DNA from: an uncultured Spirochaetales bacterium
GTDB taxonomy: Bacteria > Spirochaetota > GWE2-31-10 > CAYYKD01
DNA length: 64,000 nt
Assembly (NCBI GenBank): GCA_964608985.1
Contig: CAZSQU010000002.1
Coordinates: forward strand, 50,849-114,848
Direction: 5' to 3'
Within the stretch, counting starts at the first letter, position 1. Each line of letters starts with the position of its first letter. The notes under the pieces were generated by a model. The model saw only the letters and a program-made list of their open reading frames with translations. It ran no database searches and was not told the origin of the DNA. Below are positions 19,173-29,900 of this stretch, one piece after another. Made by a program: the position numbers and the translations under genes.

Positions 19173-19306
19173 GTATGATCACCGGAAGTGTGTTGTATGG
19201 ATTAATGGTTCCTATAGTATCTATAGGAACAATATGTGGTCTTAGTATTTATCAATTCAGTCCGGTATTTATATGGATACCAATTGTGATACAAATGGTT
19301 TTTTAA
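19058..19306 (+). CDS. hypothetical small membrane protein (paralog B, shorter copy of the upstream gene)
   Basis: 82 aa. First ~40 residues and the RBS are nearly identical to paralog A (MKIFIITIFMAVTIFSYSYTTSTQNYTEAKNFAYAGLGC). Confidence 0.45.
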   Translation: MKIFIITIFMAVTIFSYSYTTSTQNYTEAKNFAYAGLGCMITGSVLYGLMVPIVSIGTICGLSIYQFSPVFIWIPIVIQMVF

Positions 19307-19471
19307 ATCATTAATGAAATTTTCACATTGCCTCCGCTCGGTGTAAAATAAATATTCGGCTTCAGGAGTTTCAAAATCAATATCAGTTACGATAAACCGA
19401 ATATTTCCGTCGTGATGATTTCGCTCTATTTTTGCATACCGTCATAGTTGAGTATCCTTATAAATCCTCCG

Positions 19472-19651
19472 TTAACCCGCGTTATGCACGATAATCGTAT
19501 CGAAGCGAAGTAGATTGTTGATTAGCTTAGAGTTATGAAGATTTGAGACTCGCAGCATAGTAACACTATGTGAGAATCGAAAATCGAGTAACTCGTAGAT
19601 AATCAGCAAGATACAAGCTGCAGTAGAATTCTCGTGCATAATGCGGGTTAA
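19472..19651. repeat. 180-bp non-coding element bounded by 20-bp terminal inverted repeats (TTAACCCGCGTTATGCACGA / TCGTGCATAATGCGGGTTAA); MITE-like or structured-RNA candidate
   Basis: Arms at 19472-19491 and 19632-19651 are reverse complements with a single G/A difference, which is a G-U wobble if transcribed. The interior has further imperfect pairing (GTAGATTGTTGATTAGC vs GATAATCAGCAAGATAC) and small hairpins (CATAGT-aac-ACTATG, CGAG-taa-CTCG). No ORF. Confidence 0.6.
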
Positions 19652-19683
19652 TATATAAACGAAAATTTATTAAGTAGTGATTA

Positions 19684-19715
19684 CAAAAAAAGCTGCCTAT
19701 TAGGCAGCTTTTTTT
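19684..19715. terminator. bidirectional rho-independent terminator between convergent + strand genes and iadA
   Basis: AAAAAAA-AGCTGCCT-att-AGGCAGCT-TTTTTTT: perfect 8-bp stem flanked by A- and T-tracts. Confidence 0.7.
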
Positions 19716-19730
19716 AATTATAAATAAAAA

Positions 19731-20924
19731 TTAATCTTCAGGGCTTTTATTAAAATGTTCGTAGAGACCTTTTACAACAACTATGCCTTCTTTTACCATT
19801 ATTTCCCCTCCGGCAATAACAGTATCGATTTCCATATCTCTTTTAGTCATTATAACAAGATCGGCATCTTTACCAACTCTTACTCTTCCTTTATAGTGAA
19901 GTTTTAGTATGTCTGCAGGATTAGAAGTTATCACTCTTAATGCTTTCTCAAGTTCAAGTTTTTCCTGAAGAACAGCGTCTCTAAGTTCAATAAATATTGA
20001 TTTTGGCAAACCATAAGCCATTTTTATCAAATTTCCATGTTCGTCAAAATCCGGTAATGATCCGCAAGCATCCGAAGTCATCGTAATATTTTGAAGAGGA
20101 ACGCCTGATTTCAACAATTCTACGATAGCTTTAGCCGGTTTAATTTCATATTGAGGGAAATACGGATAAGAACTTGCAGTAATATCAATGAATCCTTTTT
20201 TTCCATATTCTTTTGCATCTTCAAATATATAATCATTTCTATTACAATGTGTAGGTAGGAATTGAGTAAGTTTAAGTTCGGTTGAGTTAGCAACTTCATA
20301 CAATATTTTAAAAGGGTTTCTTGCGTCTCCCATATGAAGATTAACAATGCCTGCTTTTCCGCCAAGCATTCCGCCTACTCTTGCGTGTTCACCAATTCTT
20401 GCAAGTTCTCTTACTGATGGGCAAGAAGATCTATGATCAGAAATCGCTACTTCGCCAACACCTATTATCTCATCAATCATAGCTATATCTTTTCCAACAT
20501 CACCAAGTATTGTTGGGGTTGGAACTTGATAAGATCCTGTATAGATCCAAGCAGACACACCAAGCTGTCTTAAACCTTTAGCTTTCATTAGAACACCTTC
20601 GATTGTTCTTGTAAAGCCATCAGTACCCAAGCAACCGATTACGGTTGTTATACCGCCTTCCAGCATCTGGCTAAGTTCCATGCCCGGTGTTCTCGATGAA
20701 GGACCACCTTCTCCACCCGCACCGGCAATATGAACATGTCCGTCTATAAAACCGGGTACTATAATTTTATCTTTTGCGTCTATCACCTGAATATCGACAA
20801 AATGTTCAGGGAGTTCAATTTTATCTGCAATCATAGCAATTCTATCGACTGCAAGCAGGATATCTTTTTTTCCGAGATAAGTTGGGGCATAAACTTCCCC
20901 GTTCTTAATTAGCTTCAAATACAT
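19731..20924 (-). CDS. iadA: isoaspartyl dipeptidase / beta-aspartyl peptidase (IadA, amidohydrolase superfamily)
   Basis: VPGFIDGHVHIAGAGGEGGPSSRTPG matches the IadA metal-binding region (GFID.HVH..GGGGE.GP..RTPE). ~397 aa. Confidence 0.8.
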   Translation of the reverse strand: MYLKLIKNGEVYAPTYLGKKDILLAVDRIAMIADKIELPEHFVDIQVIDAKDKIIVPGFIDGHVHIAGAGGEGGPSSRTPGMELSQMLEGGITTVIGCLGTDGFTRTIEGVLMKAKGLRQLGVSAWIYTGSYQVPTPTILGDVGKDIAMIDEIIGVGEVAISDHRSSCPSVRELARIGEHARVGGMLGGKAGIVNLHMGDARNPFKILYEVANSTELKLTQFLPTHCNRNDYIFEDAKEYGKKGFIDITASSYPYFPQYEIKPAKAIVELLKSGVPLQNITMTSDACGSLPDFDEHGNLIKMAYGLPKSIFIELRDAVLQEKLELEKALRVITSNPADILKLHYKGRVRVGKDADLVIMTKRDMEIDTVIAGGEIMVKEGIVVVKGLYEHFNKSPED

Positions 20925-21181
20925 CAGCCGCTCCTATTATTTAGTCTGTATATAAGACTATAAAATGTAGATATAGCAATCATACACAAAAAAAATAAAA
21001 TTGCAAAGAAAATTATATAAAAAATGTATGATAAGGGTGTGATTTTATTTTTTTGAGTAATTTTAACATTCTATTGTTTATATTTTTATTATCGTTTTTT
21101 TGAAGAAAATTGAATAGCTATTATTCAGGTTTACCCAAAATCTAAAATTGCACCCGTTAGTGATGGTTAATAGTTTTAGTC

Positions 21182-21210
21182 TTGACTTTTATAAAAAAAG
21201 AATTTATAAC
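21182..21210 (+). promoter_or_regulatory. putative sigma70 promoter of oraS/oraE (TTGACT - 17 nt - TATAAC)
   Basis: Located ~60 nt upstream of the GTG start at 21273, which has a GGAGG RBS. Confidence 0.4.
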
Positions 21211-21272
21211 TTTAAATTAATATCTGGAATAAACTGTTATACGGTTTAAACAATAATTTATGGAGGATTATA

Positions 21273-21635
21273 GTGAAAAGGGATGATGACTTCGAAAAAA
21301 GAAGAAAAGATTTAGCAAAACTCACAGAAGATCAATTGAAAGACAAATTCTGGGAACTTGCTGAAAAAATTGTCAATCCTATGATTGACCTGGCTAAGAC
21401 TCATACTACTCCTGCAGTAGAAAGATCGGTTCTTTTGAGAATGGGTTTCTCATCATTGGAGGCGAAAGATATTGTAAGCAATACAATGGATAGAGGCCTT
21501 ATGGGTAAGGGTGCAGGAAATGTTATTTATAGAGTTGCTAAGGAACTTGGTCGTGATTATCGTGAAGTTGGTAAAGAACTTGCGCAGGGGAAACACTGGG
21601 ATAAAGCAGTTCAAATTTTCAAGGGGGCTAAATAA
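21273..21635 (+). CDS. oraS: D-ornithine 4,5-aminomutase small subunit OraS
   Basis: 120 aa, the size expected for OraS (~121 aa). Immediately followed by, and overlapping, a ~730-aa B12/PLP mutase subunit gene. GGAGG RBS. Confidence 0.7.
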   Translation: MKRDDDFEKRRKDLAKLTEDQLKDKFWELAEKIVNPMIDLAKTHTTPAVERSVLLRMGFSSLEAKDIVSNTMDRGLMGKGAGNVIYRVAKELGRDYREVGKELAQGKHWDKAVQIFKGAK

Positions 21636-23827
21636 TGAAGTTAACACCTAACGAAAAAATTAATATTGATGAGATTTTAAAAGATTTAGATAAGTATAGA
21701 CCAAGAAGAAGAGGATGGACTTGGAGAAAGCCTGAAGAAAACCTAAAACAAGGTCCATTTGTTTTTAGAGAAATGTCAACACCTCTAAAAAATAGTTACG
21801 GTCTTCCATCCAGTAAGTATTTTGGGGATATTGATCCACAACCAAGAGCAAACATTACTACTGAGATTGCATCGGGAAGATTTGAAGATGATATCAGAAG
21901 AATGAGAATGGTTGCGTGGCATGGTGCTGATCATGTTATGGTAATAAGAACAGCCGGACAGTCACATTATGACGGACTTATTGAGGGAACTTCACAAGGT
22001 ATAGGTGGCATTCCTGTTACCAGAAAGCAAGTAAGAGCTCAAAGAAAAGCTATGGATCTTATTGAGGATGAAGTTGGCAGACCTATCAACTATCACTCAT
22101 ATGTGTCCGGTGCTGCCGGTCCGGATATCGCTGTAATGTTTGCAGAAGAAGGTGTAAACGGTTGCCATCAAGACCCTCAATACAATGTTCTTTATAGAAA
22201 TATTAATATGATTAGATCATTTGTTGATGCAGGTGAATCAAAAGCAATTATTGCATGGGCTGATATGGCTCAAATTGATGGTGCGCACAACGCTAATGCC
22301 ACTGCAAGACAAGCATGGAAAGTTATGCCTGAACTTATAGTTCAGCACGGCATTAATGCTATGTTCTCAAAAAAAGTTGGTATTAAACCTTCAAATATTT
22401 GTCTTTCTACTGTTCCTCCGACTGCTCCTCCGGCTCCTTCTATGAGACTTGATCTACCTTATGCTGTTGCACTTAGAGAATTGTTCCCTGAGTACAGAAT
22501 GAGAGCTCAACAGAATACAAAGTACATTGAAGCTGATATTCGTGAAGCAACAGTAACTCATACTTTGAATATGTTGATTTCAGAAATGACAAGAGCTGAT
22601 ATTCAATCAACTATTACTCCGGATGAAGGTAGAAATGTACCTTGGCATTATAATAATATTGCCGGTCTTCATACAGCTAAGCAAGCTTTTGCAGGTATGG
22701 ATGGACTTAAGGATATGCTTGAGATAAAGAGAGACGGTGAACTTGGAAAAAGAGTAAGAGAATTAAAAGAAAAAGCTGTACTTTATATGCAAGAAATACT
22801 TGATGAAGGCGGATATTTTGAGGCAGTTGAGAAAGGTTTCTTTGTAGATTCTGCTGAATACCCTGAGAGACATTCTGATGGTATTGCCAGAAAGAAAGAT
22901 GGTGGTATTGGCGCAGGGACAGTATATCCGAGAGATCCTGATTATTTTGCTCCAGTTACTGCCCACTTTGGTAATAATAAGCTGCCGGCAGGTGTTAAAA
23001 ATCCATCAGACGCTATTAGCGGATGTACATTTGAAAAACCGGAAAAGATTGTATTTATCGATGAGCTTGATCCAAATGATAATGTTAATGTCAGACTTTC
23101 TGAGAATAGAAAATATTTTTCAAAACAACATCTTAAACCGGAAGTTCAATGGGCCGGTGACGGTATAATACTTATTACTCTTATGCTTCCTTGTGATATC
23201 GATACAGCTGCAGTTGCTGCTATTGAAATTGGTAAAAAAATGGGACTTGAAGAAGTTGAAGTAATCAATAAGATGGTTATCCAAGAAGCTGAAGGCACAC
23301 TCATTGAAATGAAAGGTTCAGTTGCGTTCGAAATTGATGCGACAAAACTAAAGATTCCTCCAAGACCTGAGATTATGTCAGACGATGAGATAAGAGCAGA
23401 TATTGAGAAATCACCGATGACTATTGTTGCAGGAACTATTGGACAGGATGAGCATTCTGTAGGTTTGAGAGAGATAATAGATATTAAGCATGGTGGTATT
23501 GAGAAATATGGTATAATGCCAATATATTTAGGAACCTCGGTAGCTCCGGAAAAGATAGTAGATGCAGCTATTGAATCTAAAGCCGGTGCAATTCTATTAA
23601 GTACAATTATAAGCCATGATAATACACACTACAAGAATATGAAGAAAGTTCATGAACTTTGTGTGGAAAAAGGTATAAGAGACAAAATTATACTTATTGC
23701 CGGTGGAACACAGGTAATTGATGATATGGCAATAAAAGCAGGAGTTGATAAAGGTTTTGGTAGAGGAACTAAAGGTCAACATGTAGCTACATTTTTAGTT
23801 AAGAAAAGAAGACAGATGAAAAAATAA
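21635..23827 (+). CDS. oraE: D-ornithine 4,5-aminomutase large subunit OraE (PLP-binding TIM barrel + adenosylcobalamin-binding Rossmann domain)
   Basis: 730 aa. C-terminal B12-binding signature GQDEHSVG (DxHxxG) and GG.Q...D pattern (IAGGTQVIDDM). The 120-aa + 730-aa pair fits OraS/OraE rather than KamD/KamE (~520 + ~260 aa). Confidence 0.75.
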   Translation: MKLTPNEKINIDEILKDLDKYRPRRRGWTWRKPEENLKQGPFVFREMSTPLKNSYGLPSSKYFGDIDPQPRANITTEIASGRFEDDIRRMRMVAWHGADHVMVIRTAGQSHYDGLIEGTSQGIGGIPVTRKQVRAQRKAMDLIEDEVGRPINYHSYVSGAAGPDIAVMFAEEGVNGCHQDPQYNVLYRNINMIRSFVDAGESKAIIAWADMAQIDGAHNANATARQAWKVMPELIVQHGINAMFSKKVGIKPSNICLSTVPPTAPPAPSMRLDLPYAVALRELFPEYRMRAQQNTKYIEADIREATVTHTLNMLISEMTRADIQSTITPDEGRNVPWHYNNIAGLHTAKQAFAGMDGLKDMLEIKRDGELGKRVRELKEKAVLYMQEILDEGGYFEAVEKGFFVDSAEYPERHSDGIARKKDGGIGAGTVYPRDPDYFAPVTAHFGNNKLPAGVKNPSDAISGCTFEKPEKIVFIDELDPNDNVNVRLSENRKYFSKQHLKPEVQWAGDGIILITLMLPCDIDTAAVAAIEIGKKMGLEEVEVINKMVIQEAEGTLIEMKGSVAFEIDATKLKIPPRPEIMSDDEIRADIEKSPMTIVAGTIGQDEHSVGLREIIDIKHGGIEKYGIMPIYLGTSVAPEKIVDAAIESKAGAILLSTIISHDNTHYKNMKKVHELCVEKGIRDKIILIAGGTQVIDDMAIKAGVDKGFGRGTKGQHVATFLVKKRRQMKK

Positions 23828-23849
23828 TTGCTTATGTCTTAAGAATTCC

Positions 23850-23880
23850 AAAAACGGCGGTTAATCTGCCGTTTTTTTTT
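23850..23880 (+). terminator. rho-independent terminator after oraE
   Basis: AACGGCGG-ttaatct-GCCGTT hairpin followed by TTTTTTTTT. Confidence 0.6.
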
Positions 23881-23889
23881 AAATTTAAT

Positions 23890-23926
23890 AAAAAAAAGAT
23901 TCGGTTTTTATGCCGAATCTTTTTTA
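23890..23926 (-). terminator. rho-independent terminator after the giant surface-protein gene (A/T tracts on both sides; could act bidirectionally)
   Basis: AAGATTCGG-tttttatg-CCGAATCTT 9-bp stem flanked by A- and T-runs. Confidence 0.6.
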
Positions 23927-23941
23927 AATAATATGATTTTT

Positions 23942-26900
23942 TTAAAATAATGAGTTTCTTAATCCCAAGCCAAATTGCATTACAACTCCTGCATTTACCT
24001 CAGCCGGTACAAAGAATAATGCATGTTCAAAGTAAAGTGCAAATTTTCTTAGTATTCCGAATCGTTCAACTTTGAAGTAGTCAATCTGATACATAAAACC
24101 TGCAAGTAGTTTTCCATCAACGGCAGCATTATAATTAGCAATATCTGCAATTTCTCTTTGTGAAGCTCCAAATCCGCTGAACCACAGGAATGAAGCACCT
24201 ATAGAAACACTTATTGAGAAATTTTTTGCATCTTCACCGTAGAAGAATTCAAAAGGTATATCAAGAATTCTTGCATGAAGCTTTCCACCTACAACAAATC
24301 CCATAAATCTTGGATTATAACCTTCTTCAGGGTACGGGTAATAACCTGTATTTCTTATAGGGTCATCTTTAGCTATACCTGTACCCGGGTAAAGTGTTGG
24401 ATCTGTTACTGCACCAGGCATAAGGTCTTGCATATTATCCCTTGATGGTCTCCATCCAAACATCCCCTCCAAACGAACTATGTCATCAAAGAAACTCATA
24501 CCTAAACCACCTGATACGAGCATTCCACTTCCTCCAAGAAAGTCGAAATCATATTGACTCCATAGATATAATCCTTGAATAAATTGAGGTATCTTGCCAA
24601 GGTCTTTATCGAACTGTCTAAGAGCAATTTTAACCTCTTCTACTGAACCGTTATCATTTGATGACCCTCTTACCTCAACCGATCTGAAAACTCGTTCACT
24701 GTCAACAGGTGTATCAATAACTATTTCCGGCCGTTCTCTATCTATGTATATTTTAAAGAACTTAATTGTTTCAATGCCTGATGCTGTACGAGCTTTCATT
24801 TGAAGCATATGAACTCCATCTGAAAGATTTTGAGTTTGTACTCTAACTCTCCAAATATTATTAAATACGGTTGCAGTTTCAAATGTACTTCCGTTATCGA
24901 GACTTAAAAGGAGTTCTACCACCCTGTTATCATAGCGATAGCGATTTAATTCAACTATAAGTTCCCCTTTGCTTACTTCAATATCTTCAACAGCAGGTAT
25001 TAATTCAGGTGTTCTTCTGTATCTATTTTGAAACTCAATGTGTTTTCTTTCCTGAATAATTCTCTTTACAACAAATTCAATATCTTTCTCAAAAAACTCT
25101 GCAGTACCCTCCATCCAAGGTCTATGTTCCATTGCTCTCCCATTTAAGTGTGTAGTAACATTTACTATAGGACCGCATCTGTCATAAGAAAAAGTACGGA
25201 ACTCCTGTGCTGACAACTGTTCATTTCCTGCTATTGGATTTGTCAATGCCCTAACGGTTATTCTTTGGTCACCTATAGGTAGTTCAACAGCCGGAATACT
25301 AACAGACCAGTTAGTTGTTCCTATTGCCTTGTATTCTTTTCCTGCTATATTAACTATGACCGATTCTATACCTGCTGAATGGCGTGATGTACCAAAGAAT
25401 TCTATCATATCACCGGTTAGCCTTTGATTTGGCTGTGGTTGGTCAATTTCAAGAACCGGGAGATCTGCTCTCGGGTTAATTTTAAAGTTAATTGAGCTTT
25501 CTGAAACATTTCCCGCTAAATCTGTAACTCTTGCTACAAGATTATATCTTTTGTCGATATCTGCGTCATTCCATCGTGTAGTATCAATTTTGTATGACCA
25601 GGCTTCAAGTGAATCAATAGGCATTGAAACATATCCATTCGCATCTGCACCCGGAAGTGGAGCAATTACCCACACCTCAACATCTTGATTGTTTATTCTC
25701 TTTATCGTTGGGGTTACAAGAAGAATTTCAACAGATTTTAATCCGATATTGTCCCGGCTTCTACCAACGATGTTGATCTCTTTCCCAACTTCAGATCCAT
25801 CTCTCGGGTAAAGGACCTCTATCTCAGGTGCAGTGTTATCTATATTAAACAGTGAGAATGAAAAAGATTCTGAACCGGCGTTGTCTTTTGCTCTGATAAA
25901 TACCCTTAATTCACCATCAGGTAATGTTGCAGAATTAAAACGATAATTCCAGCTTTCTGAACCATTTGCGTCAAAATATGACCATCCGTTATTTATACTT
26001 ATTTGTACTTTTTGAATTTCATTGGGGTCTGACGAATTACCAATAATTACTGTCTCACCTTTAAGATATTGGTTAGTCTCAGGGCTTCTTACATGTATTG
26101 TCGGATTTTCAAGGTCAATATGGAAATCAGTTGATTTTATATCACTTGCTGTACCATATATATCAAAAGCTTGTACTTCAAGAATATATTTACCGGACAT
26201 TTCACCATTTGTCTGAATCCTTTCATTCCAGTTCATTCCTTGTGTAACTTCGATTCTTTTCCATTCGCCGTTTATACCATTAGATTTGTTTAATCTGTAT
26301 TGAACATAATTAATTCCGTCTGCATCCGTTGCAAGACCGCCAAGTTCAACTACATTAGTAAATCTTTGACCGGATAATGACGGGCTGTTAATATAAACCT
26401 GCGGTATATCTGACATCGGGTCTATTGTAATTGCTTTCTGTATTATAGTTTTATTACCGGCTGCATCTATTGCAAAAATCTCAATATTATGATTAATTAA
26501 TTCTGTGGATCTTAGATTAATCCCTTGAAGATCTCTTAAATTATATATAAAATTGTATGGTCGTTTTCCGTTAGCTACAACCTGCTGTCCATTAAACATA
26601 TATACTATTTCAGAAATACTGTTCGTGTCAACTGCACTTCCTTTTATATTAACACTGCCGGTAACCTTTTCTTCTTCTGTATTTTCATTGGAAGCTGTGT
26701 TAAATTGAAATACAGTTCTATCAGCTGTAATCTCAGGTACGGTTTTATCGATTATATAACTGTAAGGTATATATGAGATTTTACCAGAACTGTCTGTAGC
26801 TATTAAAACAATTCTTTTGAAACCGTCTTCAAGAGAAGCGACTGAAACTGGTATTTTAAATATTTTATCATTAGGATTAACTGTTATGCTGTTATCAGTT

Positions 26901-29900
26901 ATAAATTGACTTAACTGCTGATTTTGTGTTCTTTTCAGTGCATCTATCATAGGAACCTGATACCTTTGAATGGAGGTTGAAGGTTCTAGTGCTACCGGTG
27001 TTTTAGTAAGAATGCCCGCTTTAATAAGCAATGTCGAAGAATTAAACAATTGATCCGAGGTTAACTGTGCAAGATTAAGGTTGTTGTTTCTATCTTTTAT
27101 ATAGATTCTAAATAACTCATCTTTTTCCGCTTGGTTAAGATTTGGTGCATAATTCTGTTCAAAATCGCTCATAGTAATCGTTGCAGGTATATTCTTTAGA
27201 TCAACGAACTGAAGTTCAATTGTATCTGAGTCATCAAAAACAGACCCGTATATTGTGAAGTCATTATTTAAAGATATATTAGCAGGTGGCCATATAACCT
27301 TTGATACTGGAATCTGATAATCATTATTAACGGTAGCTGTAAGGATCGAAGTTGGTTGATTAAGCGTAATATCAATAATTGAAGAATTGAAACTTCCGCT
27401 GCCTATTGCGATTCTATTTTCTTGTGTAATATTAACAAAATAAATTCCATTGGAATTTTCTGTCTTAATAAAAGGTATTGTTTTATTGTTTATTTTAAAA
27501 CCGTATGTGCTGTTATAATTATCAGAAAGAAACAAGAAACATGCTTGACTATTCTGATCGATATTGAATGTTGAGCCGCTAAATAAGATCGGGTTAGGAC
27601 TATAAACTGTATTGTCATTCTTTACAACATTAAAAGTAAGGGTATATTCAGGTTCAGGACTATTAACAAAATTTACCCTGAATGTTGATCTGACCGGATT
27701 GCCAGCCATATCAATTGCATCTATTACTATGTTGTAATCAATATTTTTGTTATCGCTTGTTTTAGTCTTTAATGTGAAAACCGCTTCCATATCTTCAATA
27801 ACAGTATTAACAGTCTCAGCTTCTGCAGAATTTGGTGTTATAGTAAGTTTTATTTCTTTCATTAAGAGATTTTCTTCTATTGTAACTATTTCATTCTGTA
27901 TCATACCTGTTCTTGGTTGTATAACCGGAGCTGTTATTCTTGGCGGAGTTTTGTCGATAACAATCGGAACTGAAATTGATGAGGTTTTTCCTGCAGAATC
28001 TACTGCATTTAATTTTATAACTATAATACCGTCATTGACATTGATTCTTGATTGAACAAAATCAATTTTTATATTATCGCAAGTATATCTCAGACTGTCT
28101 GTTGTTCTGAATCGCAATTGGGTATCTCTGATTATTTCTGTACCACTAATATCTGAAATACTGTAGGATGCTGATCTTAACTCACCGGCTTTATTTATGT
28201 TAACAGGCAGATCTATTGATTTTCCAAATGATTTTCCTGCCCATACAGCGATAGTCTGCATATCAAATACCGGATATTGTGTGTCTATGTAGAAAATTGT
28301 TTTGACCGGATTTCCTTTAGTGTCATTAATATCAACCGGTACAAGTTCAGCTGTATATTTTCCATCAGGAAATATGGTTTTGTCTCTCAGATCTACCATA
28401 GCCGAAAAGTTATATTTCGAAGGAATTGTATATGTATAAACAGGTTGATTAGCAGCATTAAATATTGTAAGCAGTGTTTCTTTCGAACCATTATTATCAA
28501 CTATTGTCCCGAATACCGGAAGTACGCCGGAAACAATCTTATTATTTGAAAAGCTATTAAGAGTAAGTACCGGTTTATCAATATTTTGATCAATATTCAA
28601 TCTAATGGTTTTGGTTATGATATTTCCTGAAATATCAAATGCGCTTGCTTCCAGGTTATAACTTCCTGATCTGAGCCTTCTTGTGTCAATAGTAAAAGTC
28701 CAGAAAGGGAAACTTTCGGTTGATTCGATTGTAACAAGAGCAGGATCTATCCCTTTTATTTCAAATTTAACATCAGTAAGATCAACATTGTCCCGTGCCA
28801 TTACAAACGAACTGAAAATCCCGGATTCTGTCGCTCCATCCACCGGAAAAATAATTTCTAATTCGGGAGGTTGATGGTCTATAGTTACTGAAATTGGAAA
28901 ATACCCTTGTGATCCGGCAATATCAGTAGCTCTAACCCATATTGTCTGTTTGCCGTCAACCATAACATCAGAACTAAAAGAATATTTAAATGCAGTTTCT
29001 ACTTTTTCTCTATAAGTGAAGTTTTCGATTGTATTGAAAGTAAGACGGTTGTCTATTGAATATTCTATTAATCGTATTTTGTTACTATCACTTGCAGTTC
29101 CCTCAAGAAGAATATTTCCTGATATAATATCACCGGATTTTAATGAACTTACTGTTATTGATGGGGATCGTCTGTCAAGTATAAATGGTATCTCAGTATA
29201 ATCTTTAGTTAAACCATAAACATTTTTCCATTGGCTTCCTAATCCGTTATTATCATAAGCCCTGAGTTTTATCATGTGGTTTCCATCGTTCATATTTGTT
29301 GTAGTAAGATTATAACTCCAGAAATTTGTTCCGCTGCAGATAAATTTTTCTTCTTCTCCGGATTCATTAATAATTATAACTTCAACTCTGTCAATAGCAT
29401 CATTATCTAAAGCTGTTCCAACAATTTCAAGATTACCTGTTACCCTTGCATTAGGAAGCGGATTAATAACTGTTAGTGTCGGTATATCTGATTTCGGATC
29501 GATATTAATATTAACAGCTGTTTCAAAACTTGTATTTCTCATGTTATCAATTGCTGTTAATGCAATATGCCAAGGACCGGTTTTGCCTGCCAGATCAAAT
29601 TGATGATTCCAGTTAAGTGTGCCTTCTACGGTTATCCTGTCATCTTGAAGATTCTTCAGATCATTTTCTTTGGATTGCATTAAAATTCTTTTTTCAATTA
29701 TATTTTGTCTGATTTCAACCCTTCTTAATAGAAGCGCGGATCTTTCAGCTCTGACGGTTGCCATTTCTTCTTCAGGTAAGGGATTTCTTGGCCCTGCAAA
29801 AAGCAATCTGTCGGTTGTAACAGTTATCTCTTTTTCGGTGTTAGAAAGTTCTCTCTCAAATGCTCTTATCTGATTTGTGATGTCTCTTATCTCATTTCTG

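Noticed and set aside
19307-19470. Start-less ~80-codon open frame on the minus strand (…RNHHDGNIRFIVTDIDFETPEAEYLFYTERRQCENF…) running into the antisense of the 19058-19306 gene
   Set aside because: There is no initiation codon or RBS, and it is largely antisense to a real gene. It could be a decayed gene remnant next to the IR element, but this cannot be supported from sequence alone.
19472-19651. Retron (msr-msd) interpretation of the IR-flanked element
   Set aside because: Retron ncRNAs are followed by a reverse-transcriptase gene. Here the element is followed by a terminator and a convergent peptidase gene, and no RT-like ORF exists in the window.
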